64,000 nucleotides of DNA from Alphaproteobacteria bacterium. Its GTDB lineage: Bacteria > Pseudomonadota > Alphaproteobacteria > UBA7887. This document shows, piece by piece, positions 62,409-64,000 of this stretch. Both the position numbers and the translations under genes were made by a program. Below the pieces are notes generated by a model. It had not been told where the DNA came from, ran no database searches, and saw only the letters and a list, made by a program, of their open reading frames with translations. The first letter of the stretch is position 1, and each line of letters starts with the position of its first letter. Where the stretch lies: assembly GCA_965201115.1 (NCBI GenBank), contig OZ241745.1, positions 1,810,449-1,874,448 on the forward strand, in the 5' to 3' direction.

Positions 62409-64000
62409 GCGTCCGGTTATGGGGCTATTGGGTTTTTACGGTGGTGTTTTGTGTTTCCAGTTCCACGGCATGAGTTCGTGGATTCGGTTTGTTTTGTAGT
62501 CCTGGATACGATTGAGTGTGTCTGCGATCCATGCTCGTGGGTCGACGCCGTTTAGTTTTGCGGTTTCGATGAGCGTGTATGCGGTTGCGGCGGTTGCGCC
62601 GCCGGCTTCGGAGCCGACGAAGAGCCAGTTTTTGCGTCCGAGGGCGACGCCGCGGATGGCGCGTTCGGCAGTATTGTTGTCGAGTTCGAGCGTTCCGTTG
62701 TCGAGCCATGGGCGCAGGCGGGCCAGTCGCGCGCGTGCATAGCGGATGGCGCCGGCCAGCGGCGTCCTGGCGGGTATGTTCGGGCTCTGTCGGGCGAGCC
62801 ATGTTTCGAGGTCGTCGAAGAGGGGCCTGGCCCTGGCCTGGCGGATACGGACGCGCTCTTCGGGCGTTTGCCCGCGAGCTTCGGCCTCGACGGCGTACAA
62901 GGCGGCGATGCGCTCGACGGCTTCCCTGGCGACCGGCGCGCCCCGATTGTGCGCGAGGTCGACGAACTTGCGCCGGACATGGGCCATGCAGGGGGCTTCG
63001 CGGATGCGGCCTGTGCGGTAGAGTTCCGCGAACCCGGCATAGCCGTCGGCGTGCATCCAGCCCTTGAAGCCGGCGAGGTGTCGGCGCGGATTCTCGCCCT
63101 TGCGGTTGGCGCTGAAGCGGTAGCAGGCGGCCGGCGGCGCGGTTCCGCGCCACGGTCGTTCGTCGCGGGCATAGACCCATAGCCGTGCAGTGCGGGTCTT
63201 GCCCCTGGCGCCTTCGCCGCGCGGGGTTTGCAGGCGCACCGTGGTATCGTCGGCGAAGATGGCGCCGCCAGCGCGCACATGGTTGCCGATCCCGTTGGCG
63301 ACCGGCTCCAGCAAGGCGGCGCTCTTGCCGACCCATTCGGCCAGTGTCGAGCGGTCGAGGTCGATGCCGTCGCGGGCGAACATTTGCGCTTGGCGGTAGA
63401 GCGGGAGATGGTCGGCATATTTGCTCACCAGAACATGGGCAAGCAGGCCGGGTCCGGGGCGTCCGCGCTCGATGGGGCGCGGCGGCAGCGGCGCCTGGCA
63501 AAAGCGTGCGCAGGCGCGGCAGACCGTGCGCGGTCTCACGATGCGGTTGACTACGAAACGACCGGGTATGTACTCCAGTTCCTCGGTGACATCCGCGCCG
63601 ACGGTCTTGAGCGCGCCGCCGCAGGCCCCGCAGGGGCTTGCGGGTTCCAGCACCGTCTCGCGGCGCGGCAGACGGTCCGGCAACGGGCGGCGCTTGCGCC
63701 GCGGCGCGCGGGCGGCGGCGGGTTCGGGTTGCGGGGGCGGGCTTGCGGCGCGGACGATCTCTTCGTTCTCCAGCGCCAGTTGCAACTGCGCCAAGGCTTC
63801 CGAGCGCGCCCCGAAACGATGCCGGCGCATCCCCGCCAACTCGTGACGCAACTTCTCAATCAGGATATCGCGCGCCTTCAACGCCTCCGCGCGCGACCGC
63901 AGCGCTTCCTCGCGAGCCTGCAACTCGGCCGCCAGGGACGCCACCATGTCCTTCAGGCGGGCGGGATCGTCGGGGAGAGGCGCGGCGCGGTCAAGCATGA
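62405..64000 (-). mobile_element. IS66-family element, second copy (left end outside window)
   Basis: IR GTAAGCGTCCGGTTAT at 62405; near-identical to 58436-60050, same orientation. Confidence 0.88.
62436..63998 (-). CDS. tnpC: IS66 transposase TnpC (second copy)
   Basis: Same motifs as the first copy, with one fewer 'REEALRA' heptad. Confidence 0.95.
   Translation of the reverse strand: MLDRAAPLPDDPARLKDMVASLAAELQAREEALRSRAEALKARDILIEKLRHELAGMRRHRFGARSEALAQLQLALENEEIVRAASPPPQPEPAAARAPRRKRRPLPDRLPRRETVLEPASPCGACGGALKTVGADVTEELEYIPGRFVVNRIVRPRTVCRACARFCQAPLPPRPIERGRPGPGLLAHVLVSKYADHLPLYRQAQMFARDGIDLDRSTLAEWVGKSAALLEPVANGIGNHVRAGGAIFADDTTVRLQTPRGEGARGKTRTARLWVYARDERPWRGTAPPAACYRFSANRKGENPRRHLAGFKGWMHADGYAGFAELYRTGRIREAPCMAHVRRKFVDLAHNRGAPVAREAVERIAALYAVEAEARGQTPEERVRIRQARARPLFDDLETWLARQSPNIPARTPLAGAIRYARARLARLRPWLDNGTLELDNNTAERAIRGVALGRKNWLFVGSEAGGATAATAYTLIETAKLNGVDPRAWIADTLNRIQDYKTNRIHELMPWNWKHKTPP

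Overview
Very GC-rich bacterial window, most likely alphaproteobacterial (inferred from gene content). Housekeeping and catabolic genes (CoA-transferase, LLM oxidoreductases, panC, pgi, a frameshifted mutL, bpt/ate, two TRAP binding proteins, copA, a zrgA-type metal ABC operon) are interspersed with a dense family of REP-like hairpin repeats. The main accessory block is a ~18 kb defence island (~23.5-41.6 kb). It holds a Nfu_N/methyltransferase-TRD chimera, a type IIG-like R-M gene, an ABC-ATPase/nuclease pair, a TIR + helical-protein pair, and a variant phosphorothioation operon (dndC, small ORF, dndD, dndE fused to a HerA-like ATPase; no dndA/B/FGH in the window). A SIR2-like operon sits behind a degenerate duplicate of the dndC promoter/5' end. 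Also present: two tandem TbpB-barrel-like lipoproteins each preceded by a G12 tract, a four-lobed TbpB-like lipoprotein, a double-RAPP leader ORF ahead of zrgA, and two IS66 copies (the complete one tnpC-only) bracketing truncated TA/regulator cargo. All family assignments come from motif recognition by eye; no database searches were run.
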